Source of the DNA: Halobacteriovoraceae bacterium
GTDB lineage: Bacteria > Bdellovibrionota > Bacteriovoracia > Bacteriovoracales > Bacteriovoracaceae
Length of the DNA: 64,000 nucleotides
Assembly (NCBI GenBank): GCA_963719505.1
Contig: CAVRCF010000003.1
Location: forward strand, 160,001 to 224,000
Direction of reading: 5' to 3'
Part shown: piece after piece, positions 40,816-50,951 of the stretch
Numbering within the stretch: the first letter of the stretch is position 1
How the letters are laid out: the number at the start of each line of letters is the position of its first letter
Made by a program: the position numbers and the translations under genes
The notes under the pieces: generated by a model
Seen by the model: the letters and a program-made list of their open reading frames with translations, nothing else
What the model was told of the DNA's origin: nothing
Databases searched by the model: none

Positions 40816-42302
40816 TATTTACAGCCACCAGTTTCGTACCAACCTTGTTTTTTCGCTAAGTAATCTTTTTTGGTTTGAGTTTGTTTATTTATGCACTTTG
40901 CTTTTTTATTTGCAGCGGCACCTGCTTTTTGAATTTGATCTCCAACTCGGCTCCACACAGCATTTTTTTCATCTTCTCTTGCTTTTTCTTCAGCAATCTT
41001 CTGTGCTTCACGGTTTTTATATTTTTTCTCTTCGGCGTTTAGAATATCAATCCTTCTTTTTTCTCGCTCAGTTACGGCAGTACGCTCTTTTGTAATTTTG
41101 CTGAAATAAGAATTTTTATTTTGAGTTGCTATCGATTTATAGTTTTGAATCCGATAATTTATGGCTGCACGAGCCTCAGGCCTACTATCAAATGCTATAG
41201 CTAATTCTCCATCAAGAGATTGATTAGGTCTAGCAGCATAGACATGTTTTTCATTATCGTTTTTATAAATAACATATGCTCTATTGAATGTTGCACCGCC
41301 AGTAGTAATATCTATGCCATTTATTACTTCATAATCTGTCGCAGTATTAGTATTTGTAAACGTATTTTTTATAGCGTTGAGTATTCCACTATTAGTATCT
41401 AAGCTACCAGGGTTTATACTTACAAATTCTTTTCCGTCTTTTAAGGCTAAAATATCAAAGTTAGAGAAATAAGGGATCTTGTAAAAATCATTTTGTTTTG
41501 TCTCTGGATAAGCCCAGTGTTGTAATGAATTGTCGATAAATCCAAGAACACCTTCTGGTCTTTTAGCGATATCTCCTCTTTGATTAAAAAGTATCGGCCA
41601 ATACAGATTTCTCTCTTTATTAACAATTCTAAAAGGGATAATGAATGTTCTTTTATGGTCACCGTTATAGTAAGTACGTAAAACAACTTCATTTGCAGGG
41701 ATAGGCTCTAGATCTAGGAGTTTTCCTTCTATATCGTATCTTTTGTAGTATTTTTTATCACCCTCTTTATGTCTTACTAGAAATCCATAATAAAATCCTG
41801 GAAGGACTGCATCGAATAGCTCTCTATCGTCAAAAAAATTTCTAATCGGTTCGTCTAGATTACTGAACTTATTAGGGTAAAGCCTACCTGTTTTCGAGTT
41901 AATAGGATAAACGTCCCCATTTGATTTCTGTGCAAGACCTAGCCAATTTAAATGGCTATCTCTTTTTCCCCCTCTCTTTGGGTACCAAATTTTTTTAATA
42001 TCAGTATCAGCGTGAGAATTAGTCTTAATGTTGAAAACTTCGAAAGTATCAGAATTATTTTTTCTTAGATAAATGACTTCGTCGCTAAACGATCTAATAT
42101 TCGCGTATTTGGGCGGTATAACCCAACTCTTAGAACCTCGTTTAACCATTCCCATATAAATTCCAGAGGTCGTATCTTTCTCCCAGCAATAGCTATATTT
42201 TTGTCCGCCTAAAGTCGCAACTCCATTACAAGTATAACTTTCACGAAAACTTGCACAGGAATTAAATATTAAGATAATAAGAGCAATTAAAAATAGTTTC
42301 AT
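40815..42302 (-). CDS. Lipoprotein, C-x23-C QGWY-tail family, copy 3
   Basis: Lipobox FNSC; CINKQTQTKKDYLAKKQGWYETGGC tail. Confidence 0.78.
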   Translation of the reverse strand: MKLFLIALIILIFNSCASFRESYTCNGVATLGGQKYSYCWEKDTTSGIYMGMVKRGSKSWVIPPKYANIRSFSDEVIYLRKNNSDTFEVFNIKTNSHADTDIKKIWYPKRGGKRDSHLNWLGLAQKSNGDVYPINSKTGRLYPNKFSNLDEPIRNFFDDRELFDAVLPGFYYGFLVRHKEGDKKYYKRYDIEGKLLDLEPIPANEVVLRTYYNGDHKRTFIIPFRIVNKERNLYWPILFNQRGDIAKRPEGVLGFIDNSLQHWAYPETKQNDFYKIPYFSNFDILALKDGKEFVSINPGSLDTNSGILNAIKNTFTNTNTATDYEVINGIDITTGGATFNRAYVIYKNDNEKHVYAARPNQSLDGELAIAFDSRPEARAAINYRIQNYKSIATQNKNSYFSKITKERTAVTEREKRRIDILNAEEKKYKNREAQKIAEEKAREDEKNAVWSRVGDQIQKAGAAANKKAKCINKQTQTKKDYLAKKQGWYETGGCK

Positions 42303-42533
42303 ACATATGCCTTTGAATAGAACTAATTCTTTAATGATAGTTAAAAAAAACCAATAAGTTTAGCAGGTAAAATCGGCGTTATATTGGGTCGAATTATGTA
42401 CCTAATTATGTGACTAACTTACTGACTGGGTTCTGGGGGAATCGCCCACTGTTAAACGAGAATATCTGGCCCTATGGCTTCGTACGTTACAGGGAAAAGC
42501 CATCTTAGTAGATGACAGTTTTTTCGGAATAGG

Positions 42534-42565
42534 TCGAAAATGGCGGGAGCGGCTCCACTTGAACC
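42534..42565. repeat. tRNA-Asp 3'-end duplicate (attR-like), copy C
   Basis: TCGAAAATGGCGGGAGCG identical to 58084-58101, followed by GCTCCACTTGAACC. Confidence 0.88.
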
Positions 42566-42711
42566 TCTTTCCAATAACTTAAAGTCTATGAGCATAGTAA
42601 TTGCCTTCGCCTACCATACTACAAAATTGATCAGCTCTGTTGGTAGTAAAAACTACCTTTATATAGAAAAATATAGTTTTTTGTGCTATTATGAATTCAA
42701 TGGAGGTACTT

Positions 42712-42936
42712 ATGGGTGCTAAGCAGCTTGCAACAAAAATTGATGAGAGTATTAAAGATGCTTTAGATCTATTCTGTGAAGATAGAGGTCTGAAGATTAA
42801 TAGGTTTCTAGAGGATGCAATTCTGGACAAAATTGAAGAGTATGAAGATATATCTGATATTCGAAAATTAAGAAAAGAAAAATCTCGCGACTTTCAAGAT
42901 GTTCTAAAAGAGTTGAAAACTAGTGGCAAATTATAA
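42712..42936 (+). CDS. Antitoxin (RHH-like)
   Basis: GGAGG RBS; small acidic protein overlapping relE. Confidence 0.7.
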   Translation: MGAKQLATKIDESIKDALDLFCEDRGLKINRFLEDAILDKIEEYEDISDIRKLRKEKSRDFQDVLKELKTSGKL

Positions 42937-43186
42937 AATCGAAATTACTTCTACAGCAGAGAAGTCGTTAAAAAAAATACCTAAAAAAGATATTGGTAAA
43001 GTTGTTGAAGCAATCCAGATTTTGGCAATATCACCTTTCCCTAGTGGTTGCCGAAAACTTAAAGGTGAAGAAGACGTCTATCGTGTTCGCCAAGGAAATT
43101 ACCGAATAATTTATGATATTCTTGATACTAAGTTAATTGTCTTAGTTTTGAAAATTGGACACCGTAAAGACATCTATAAAAAGTAG
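42923..43186 (+). CDS. relE: RelE/ParE family toxin
   Basis: P.P.G.RKLKG…YRVRQGNYRIIY…IGHRKDIY. Confidence 0.9.
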   Translation: MANYKIEITSTAEKSLKKIPKKDIGKVVEAIQILAISPFPSGCRKLKGEEDVYRVRQGNYRIIYDILDTKLIVLVLKIGHRKDIYKK

Positions 43187-43450
43187 CTCTATTTCGAGCA
43201 TACAATTACTTACAAAACAACCACGAATAATAAACTTAAGAAAGCGTTCGATGAATGTGGCATTAGATATAAGACTTGGCATTGTTGCAGACATACTAGA
43301 GGTACATTTCTGTATGGAAAAACAGGGGATAAAGCTCTATCAATGAGCTGGTTAGGGCACTCGAGTGAGCGAGTTCACGACAAATATCTACATACTTATG
43401 AGGCCTTGATGAGAGAGATTAAATCGAAGGATTGTGATTGGGGAGATTAA
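43187..43450 (+). pseudogene. Tyrosine recombinase/integrase C-terminal remnant (not in ORF track)
   Basis: Translates …YKTWHCCRHTRGT…SWLGHSSERVHDKYLH…: HxxR, LGH and catalytic Tyr boxes; no start codon. Confidence 0.8.
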
Positions 43451-43493
43451 ATAAAATTAGTAAACTTTGATGCTCAAAATCCGATAATATTGT

Positions 43494-44048
43494 ATGGCAT
43501 TTCAAGATGATGAGCGTGAAAAAGAGATGATTGAATCATTTGGACTAGATTCTGTCGAAGGACGAACTAGTACTGACGCAATTTAAAAAATTAGTGGAAA
43601 GGAATTGGAATTCGAATTGAAGTCTACTCAGTCTGGCTCAGTAACAACTGTAAGAGATTTTGGGCAGGAGCATATTCGAAAATGAAAGACAAAACACTGG
43701 TTAATTGGTGTATACACAAATAATATCCTTGATTATTGTTGGTATGGCTCTCCAAAAGATATCGCCAAATGGATAAAAAGCAAGGAAGAGTATATTCAAG
43801 CAGACTTTGATTTAGCAAGTTTGGTTCCCGATCTAGTTGGAACTGAAGTATTAAATAAGATCTTAGGTGATAAAGATTTTTATTCTTTGGAAGACGCTAG
43901 AAAATTGCATAAGAAACAATATACCAAGAATAAGTACTTAGAGTTAATGGATACGGAAACAGGTTATAGTAAATCTAAAATGCTTAGAATTCTTCAGGAC
44001 AGATGTAGGTATATAATTGAAAGAGGCTCTCTACTAATATTTTTATAA
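43494..44048 (+). pseudogene. PD-(D/E)xK restriction endonuclease-like pseudogene
   Basis: MAFQDDERE…TDAI / frameshift / EFELKST…TTVRDFG.EHIRK* …HWLIG; frameshift plus internal TGA. Confidence 0.6.
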
Positions 44049-44049
44049 A

Positions 44050-44800
44050 AAATGAAAATTACTCGAACTTACTTGCACTCGTTAAAGAGGAGGACCCTGA
44101 TTTACTCCTCTTGCTAGAACCTGATGAGAAATGGAAGCAAGGTGTGCGAGCTTTAGAGGACCAATTTAAATTCTACAAACTACTGCCAAGGAATAATGCC
44201 TACGGGATGTTTCTTTATTCAAAATTTAAGTTAGAGGATCTAGAAGTCCGTTATTTGATAGATGAAAATGTTCCTTCTCTATATACGAAATTTTCTATTG
44301 ATAATTCGAGCCCAGTTCACCTTTTTTGCCTTCATCCAAGGCCACCAAGACCAGGTGAGTCTTCTAGTCTTCAAAGAGATGCTGAGTTAATTAAAGTTGC
44401 AAAGGAAGTTAAAGAGATCAATACAGAGCCTGCTTTTGTGATTGGTGATTTAAATGATGTCGCTTGGTCACATACAACTCGTCTTTTCAAAAGGCTAAGC
44501 GAAACACTAGACCCCCGAGTTGGAAGAGGATTCCTTAATACATTTCCTGCCAGCAGTAAGATCTTCTCTTTTCCTCTCGATCACGTTTTCCACACAAAAA
44601 AACTTGGCTTGAAAGAAATGAAGGTGCTAAGAAATATAGGTTCCGATCATCGTCCTATATCTATTTCTTTTGAAATCTTAGAGCGTGGCGAGGAGAGCTC
44701 TTCTCCTGAGTGTGCTGATTCAGAAGATAAAGAGGAAGCAAAGTCTACCGAGCAAGAGTCAAAAAAGTGGGATGGGCCAGTAAAAGAGGTTGATAGTTAG
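44050..44800 (+). pseudogene. EEP (endonuclease/exonuclease/phosphatase) family protein, 5'-truncated
   Basis: DPDLLLLLE, GDLNDVAWS, PLDHVF, GSDH; N-terminal TM region absent. Confidence 0.75.
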
Positions 44801-44874
44801 TAGTATAAAAAACGCTTTTCAGAGGCTTTTTTTGCAAGTGTAGACTGTGAATCTTCAAAATCAAAAGGTTAAAG

Positions 44875-45267
44875 CTAAGTTATTTTAGACAAAAATTCAT
44901 TCACCTTTGAGATCAGCAGTTTCTTATCCACAGGCTTTTTTATGTAATCATCAAACTTAAAAGGGTTATTCGTTTCTGGCCAGGAGTCTTCTTCGTAAGC
45001 ACTCATTGCAAGTATCTTATGATTTGGGTTTTCAGATTTTAGGTGATTTAGTGCCTCAATACCATTCATTTCAGGCATTTCAATATCAAATATGAATAAA
45101 TCAAAATTAAACTCACTTGCCATCTTTACTGCTTCTAGGCCATTTTCGGCGAATTTTATCTGTGCATTAGTATTGCGTAGATAAAAATCATAAATTCTAA
45201 AGTTTTCAATACAGTCGTCTGCAATTAAGATTTTATATTTACTGAGGTCTAAATTTGCTTCATTCAA
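44875..45267 (-). CDS. Single-domain response regulator
   Basis: ILIADD, FDIEMPEMNG, MSA, KKPV. Confidence 0.9.
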   Translation of the reverse strand: MNEANLDLSKYKILIADDCIENFRIYDFYLRNTNAQIKFAENGLEAVKMASEFNFDLFIFDIEMPEMNGIEALNHLKSENPNHKILAMSAYEEDSWPETNNPFKFDDYIKKPVDKKLLISKVNEFLSKIT

Positions 45268-46399
45268 TGGTTATATCTCCAATGATGTGTTGCTTGTATT
45301 TTTTCGTGAAAGGAAACTTAATCATAAAACTTGCACCTTTACCTAAAGTAGATTGTGCATCAACAGATGCTTTCATTAATTTAGCTAAACCGAATGATAT
45401 ATGTAGACCAAGTCCACTTCCACCAAACTCTTTCGTTATCTCTGTGCTTTCTTGGCTAAACTCACCGAATATATTTTTTTTAAAGGTTGGATCAAAACCT
45501 TGTCCTGTATCATGAATTGTAAAGGTGGCAATATCATTTATATCTGTAGAGACTTCAAAAGAAATTGTTCCAGTCTTTGTGAACTTTAAAGCATTACTTA
45601 AAAAGTTATTTAGTATTTGTTTCAAACGAAAGGCATCAGCTGATATAAATGATTTTTCACAAATGTTTTCACAGATATGAAATTCCCAGTTTAATTTTTT
45701 TGCCTTTACTAAAACAGCAGAATCTAATGCAAATCCTTGTGCAAATCCATAGATACTTACTTCTTGATTATTTACTTGGAGCTTATTCATCTCAAGTTTT
45801 GAAAAATCAAGGATCTCATCTACAAGTCTTTTAATATCGTGAGTTTGACGATAAAAAATTTCGGCGGTTTCTTCCGCAGGTATAGCATCAGGGTCCTCCC
45901 GCAAAATATTACTGTATCCTATCATCGTGTTTAATGGGTTCCTAACTTCATGAGCTATAAAGTTCATCAAGTAAGTTTTAGCCTTTACGAGCTTAGAGAT
46001 CTTAAGATTTCTTTCATTTAGATATGAATTTAACTCATTAACATAGTCTGTTCTTTGACGTAGTGTTTGTCTCTTTTGAAATTTCTCGAGGCCTGACTGT
46101 GGTAAACAAAATCCTATAAATTTAAATATTAAATTATCATCATCCTCAGTTACTTTAAAAAAATTAAAATTTGACTCTAAGCTTTCACTATTAATAGCTA
46201 CCTTTATCTTGTCGCTCTTAATGACTATAATTAGGCTGCTTTTTTCAAAAAGGGATAAAACTATTTTCTGTAATTCACGACATATCTTTAAACACTTCTC
46301 AGTAGATTTTTCTGTATAGGTCAGTAACTCAAAGAAGATCTCTTCAAATAAAAAAACATCAGAATTTTGATAAATAGGAAATTTCAAGTTTCTATTCAT
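45260..46399 (-). CDS. Histidine kinase
   Basis: AHEVRNPLN, NFLSNALKFT, DTGQG, GGSGLGL. Confidence 0.9.
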   Translation of the reverse strand: MNRNLKFPIYQNSDVFLFEEIFFELLTYTEKSTEKCLKICRELQKIVLSLFEKSSLIIVIKSDKIKVAINSESLESNFNFFKVTEDDDNLIFKFIGFCLPQSGLEKFQKRQTLRQRTDYVNELNSYLNERNLKISKLVKAKTYLMNFIAHEVRNPLNTMIGYSNILREDPDAIPAEETAEIFYRQTHDIKRLVDEILDFSKLEMNKLQVNNQEVSIYGFAQGFALDSAVLVKAKKLNWEFHICENICEKSFISADAFRLKQILNNFLSNALKFTKTGTISFEVSTDINDIATFTIHDTGQGFDPTFKKNIFGEFSQESTEITKEFGGSGLGLHISFGLAKLMKASVDAQSTLGKGASFMIKFPFTKKYKQHIIGDITIE

Positions 46400-46799
46400 A
46401 CTGAAGCACTTTTTTGAAGTTAATGACAGTTCCTTTTGTGTCAGATTTTATTTTAAACTGATCAGCTATTCTTTTGCAGGAAGCGAGACCAAGCCCTAAA
46501 GTATCACCTGTTGAAAAATTCTCTTTTAATGCTCTATTTATGTTTTCTATACCTGGCCCTTTGTCTTTTGATATAATGATTGCCTCACAGCTATCCACAT
46601 AAAAAGTTAGTGAAATTGTTAATTCGCCATCGTGGGCGTACTTAACTAGGTTTGTTCCAAGTTCAGATACTGCTGTTACGTATCGACATAGATCAACACT
46701 ATTAATATCTTTTCTTATGCCAAAGTTCATTATGGAGCCTAGTACAGAGATAACATCTGATTCGGCAGTGATTGGAAACGTTTTTTCTACTTTTTCCAT
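46392..46799 (-). CDS. rsbT: RsbT-like anti-sigma/serine kinase
   Basis: TAVSELGTNLVKYA, DKGPGI, STGDTLGLGL. Confidence 0.85.
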   Translation of the reverse strand: MEKVEKTFPITAESDVISVLGSIMNFGIRKDINSVDLCRYVTAVSELGTNLVKYAHDGELTISLTFYVDSCEAIIISKDKGPGIENINRALKENFSTGDTLGLGLASCKRIADQFKIKSDTKGTVINFKKVLQYE

Positions 46800-47107
46800 A
46801 ATATCTCATAATCACTATGGCTATCTCTTGATGAGATAGACGTTGAGAGCATAGGTGACATGTTTATTTTTTTAGTTTTATGATCCAAGATATTTAAGAC
46901 ATTTATAAATCGCACAAGATCTGTTAATTCTTGATCAGAGATATGGTTCAAACCATCAAAATCTAATATCACTTCACTCGTTGTTGAAGCTTTACACAAG
47001 TCATTTAACTTTTCATAAGTTTCTGGGAAACACATTTGTTCCAATGATTCATGATAAATATTCACTTTAATAGTGTGACCTTGTCTGCTAAAAAAATTTA
47101 TTGGCAT
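46787..47107 (-). CDS. Divergent STAS protein (RsbS-like)
   Basis: VILDFDGLNHISD; position between RsbR-like gene and rsbT. Confidence 0.55.
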   Translation of the reverse strand: MPINFFSRQGHTIKVNIYHESLEQMCFPETYEKLNDLCKASTTSEVILDFDGLNHISDQELTDLVRFINVLNILDHKTKKINMSPMLSTSISSRDSHSDYEILWKK

Positions 47108-47108
47108 A

Positions 47109-47528
47109 TCAGATATTTTCCTGATCCCTTGTTAACTTATAACCCAATTTTAACATACAGTATTGGAGGGCATTACCAATTGTAGTCTTAGTGGTCATTT
47201 GATCAAAATTAATATTGAGGGTTGTCATTGAGTGAGCAACGGTGGCATTTATTCCAGATAAAACGCAATCGCAACCCATTAATGTAGCGGCTTTATTAAG
47301 GTTTAAGATATGCTTTGAGACGGAACTATCAATAGCAGGTACATTAGAAATATCTACGATTAAAAAAGGTGCATCCTTATCTTGGATTGAGTGTAAGGTT
47401 TTTGATAAAATAGCCTCAGCTTTAGTTGAGTCAAGAAAGCCAGATATTGATAAAAATAAAATTCCATCCCACAGTTGATTAACGGTAATTAGTTCTTTGT
47501 AATCCGCATTATTTGCAAAATCAGTCAT
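47109..47528 (-). CDS. STAS protein (RsbR-like, no sensor domain)
   Basis: LWDGILFLSISGFLDS, IVDISNVPAIDS, LMGCDCVLSGI. Confidence 0.85.
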   Translation of the reverse strand: MTDFANNADYKELITVNQLWDGILFLSISGFLDSTKAEAILSKTLHSIQDKDAPFLIVDISNVPAIDSSVSKHILNLNKAATLMGCDCVLSGINATVAHSMTTLNINFDQMTTKTTIGNALQYCMLKLGYKLTRDQENI

Positions 47529-48192
47529 ACATCATCCTTATTTAAAAATATTTATTAGTATAAACACAACGTATAGTAAGCTCAATAAGGCTAAACGTAA
47601 AAGTAATAATGTATAACTTGTCGTTCATACATAGCTGCAGTGAGTCGTTCTAAAGATTTAAAGTAAAAAGAGATTTTTGAGTATATCCGAAAAAAGTTTG
47701 GTTTTTAAAAGGAAATGAACTCTTATGAACATAAGATAACGGACAAGTTTGTAAAAAATGGTAGTGAATAAGTGTCTTGGTGACAAGATAACTAGATGAA
47801 AAAGTAGCAATGCGGATTTTTTATAGAGCTTTTGAAGTTATCCGCGCAGGCACTGAAATTGAGCAGAGTTTTGGGTGCAGGAATCCATCCCTGTTTTTGG
47901 CCCTCAGGGTGACAGGCCGATTTTTTTGTAGAAAAAGAGGAAAGTTAGTCGTGGATTTGGGTGTTACAAGTCTTGCTTCAAAGATAAAAGTTTCTCGTAA
48001 AACCATTTATCATTAGAAAAAGAAATATCCTGATTAAGAGATGCTAAAAGATGACATAGCTAGTAAATTTTGTGAGAATTTTTATATTAAATTAAAATGG
48101 AGTTTAATATGAAATTTGTAGCACTATTATTACTTTTATTATCAACTTCAATTTTTGCTAAAGATAAGTTTGATTTAAACTGTTCGTGACCC

Positions 48193-49539
48193 TGGACTGC
48201 GGTCGTAATATCGGAGTCCAACATACTTATTTAAAGCCCTGAAAATAGGTCAATTCTTAAATCTGATATAATCAATTTAGGAGTTGAAAATGACAAAAAG
48301 AAACAGAAAAACATTTACCAAAGAGCAAAAAGACTGGGCCGTCGACGAATTCATTGCCGGAAGCCTCAGTGTCGATCAAATTGCAGAGCAACTCGGAGCT
48401 GAACCTCAATACATTTATCGATGGAAAGTTCTCAGAGAAGAAAAACTTAAAGGTCTCAGAGTTGAGGAGCTAACAGCTCGCGGAAATTCTATCGAGGAAT
48501 CACAAAGGATTTTTGAATTTGAGCTCGAAGTTGATGCCTATAAAAAGAAATTTGCCGAACAAGTTCTCATAAGTGACCTTTTAAAAAAACTCCTGAAGTA
48601 TCCACCCTTACAACGAGAGAGCGAATTGACTGGGTTACTAAAAACTATAAAAGCACAGGAACTAAAAAGAAGGCAATCCAAATAATGGAGCTATCATCAT
48701 CTACTTATTATAAAGATTCAAAAGTTACCAGAGCAGAAAAAGAAGAACATGATGCTGATATTCGAGGTAAAGTTGAACAGCTAAGAGTAGCGTTTTCAAG
48801 AGCCGGTTACAGGCCATTACTACAGCACTTAAAAAGACATGGTATCTCTGTTGGAGAAACTCGTTTAAGACGAATTCTAGGTGAATCAGGGCTCTTTTTA
48901 AAGCCAAAAAGAAAGTATATGAGAACAACGACGTCAGATCATGATGAACTTGTTCATCCAAATTTGATTCAAGGGATGACTATTGATGGAGTTAATCAAG
49001 TTTGGGCCGGAGATATAACTTATATTCGAATTAACAATGGATTTGTTTTCCTGGCAGTCCTTCTTGATCTTTATTCACGTAAAGTCATTGGTTGGTCAGT
49101 CTCAAAAAGAATAGATGGGCAGTTAACTCTAGATGCTTTGAAGATGGCCATCAAACGAAGAAATCCACCAGAGGGAGTTATTCACCACACAGATCGAGGA
49201 GTTCAGTATCTCTGTGAAAAATATGTAAAAGAATTGAAGGAAAATAATTTTCACCTATCTTGTTCTCGAAAAGGGAATCCTTATGACAACGCTTGGTCAG
49301 AATCTTTTATGAAAACTTTAAAGCACGAAAAAGTTTTTATGAGGAAGTACGATACATTTTTAGACGTGATTGATAAGCTGCCATATTTTATTGAAGAAGT
49401 TTATAATAAGAAAAGATTGCATTCATCTTTGAATTACTTGCCACCGGAAGAATTTGAAGATATTTACACTGAAGAAAAAAAGGATCGACCTGTTTTTATA
49501 CTTTAGCGTGTTGGTGTCCGATCAAACGACCGCAGTCCA
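48193..49539 (+). mobile_element. IS3-family element (nested)
   Basis: IRs TGGACTGCGGTCGT… / …ACGACCGCAGTCCA; CCC on both flanks. Confidence 0.9.
48290..49506 (+). CDS. IS3 transposase orfA/orfB (probable -1 frameshift)
   Basis: HTH orfA; orfB WAGDITY, HHTDRGVQY, DNAWSESF; TTTTAAAAAAAC slippery site at about 48580. Confidence 0.88.
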
Positions 49540-49575
49540 CCCCCCTTTTGATGGCTACCTCTTAACGGAGGAAAA

Positions 49576-50741
49576 ATGGGAAGAAATAGAAGAAGATTTA
49601 GTGAAGATCAAAAAGTTCAAATCCTACAGGAACATCGTTCAAAAGGTGCTCCAATTTCAGTTTTAGCACGAGTCCATGATATAAATGCAGTAACTTTATA
49701 CCAATGGAAAAGAGCTATGAAAGACAAACCTGATACTAATATTGATGTTGCTGACCTTTTGAAACAAATTGATCAACTAAAAAAAGACAAAGATAAACTA
49801 CTAAAGAAAGTTGGCGAGTTTACCCTCAGAGAAGAGGTCGCTCAGGATATCATCGACTTTTATAAAAAAAAGATCTTGGAACAGGAGTTGAGCGAGCAAA
49901 AGAATTCATCAAACTCAAAAAGAAAGGATCAAAAAAAATGATCTGCGAAATGTTTGGAGTTCACTCAAAATCAATTTATAAAACTACTAGCTCAAAGAAA
50001 TTTTACTTTAAAGCTGAAGATGAAGATATTCTCAGCCAGATTCGATCTATCGTTTCTTTGCGCCCAACTTATGGTTATAAAAGAGTTACGGCCATGGTCA
50101 ATCGTATGCGACTTACCCTAGGCCATCCAAGGCTTAATAAGAAGCGTATTTACAGGATAATGAGAATGAATGGCCTTCTTCTTCCAAAGTCTGCTGTGAC
50201 GAGAACTCACACTTCAACTGGAAAAGTAATGACTCTGCATTCGAATATGAGGTGGTGCAGTGATTGTTTTGAGATTAAGTGCTTTAACGGAGAAAAATTT
50301 TTTGTATCTTTTGTTTTAGATACATGTGACAGAGAAGTTCTCTCATTTGTAGCCTCAAAATCACCACTGCTTGCGACTGATATTGAAAGTTTAATGCTAA
50401 AAGCTGTACGCTATAGGTTTAAAGATTATAAGACTTCTAGAACGATAGAATTTTTATCGGATAGAGGAAGTATTTACCGAGCCCATTCAGTTAAGAATTT
50501 AGCGAATCATCTTGGTTTAAAAAGCTGTTACACAGCAGCCTATAGTCCAGAATCAAATGGAATGAGTGAAGCTTTTGTGAAAACGATCAAGCGAGATTAC
50601 GTCTACAACAGCGATTGTTACAGCTCAGATATATTGCTTAAAATGATTAAGGGATGGGTGAACGATTATAATGAAATAGCACCACATTCAGGGCTTGGCA
50701 TGTTGAGTCCAAAAGAGTATTTATTAGAAAATCAAAGGTAG
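49576..50741 (+). CDS. IS2-like transposase orfA/orfB
   Basis: RRRFSEDQK HTH; RWCSD, LSDRGS, SPESNGMSEAFVKT; A-run+G at about 49864. Confidence 0.88.
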
Positions 50742-50762
50742 CCTGAAACGGGGTCCAATCCA

Positions 50763-50947
50763 AATATGATGTCTTGGATCTAATTAAAAACAATAAGTTG
50801 AAGTTAGTGCTAGCAGACTTAACACCTGAGTCTATGCCCATTTCATTCATCTACTCACATAAAAAACACCTTTCTCAAAAAGTGACAGCTTTTATGGATT
50901 GGTTTGATGAAATTTTCCAAAGCAATATAACGATTAATAAAGGATAA
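50763..50947 (+). pseudogene. LysR regulator C-terminal remnant
   Basis: LKLVLADLTPESMPISFIYSHKKHLSQKVTAFMDWF begins at the IS right end. Confidence 0.65.
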
Positions 50948-50951
50948 ATTT

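Larger units (their letters stand above)
48181..50762 (+). mobile_element. IS3-family (IS2-like) element with left IR interrupted by a second IS3
   Basis: Right IR AGGTAGCCTGAAACGGGGTCCAATCCA; left IR split as TGTTCGTGACCC | CCCCCCTTTTGATGGCTACCT. Confidence 0.75.

Noticed and set aside
43155-43346. 63-aa ORF from the track
   Set aside because: An alternative frame carries clear integrase motifs
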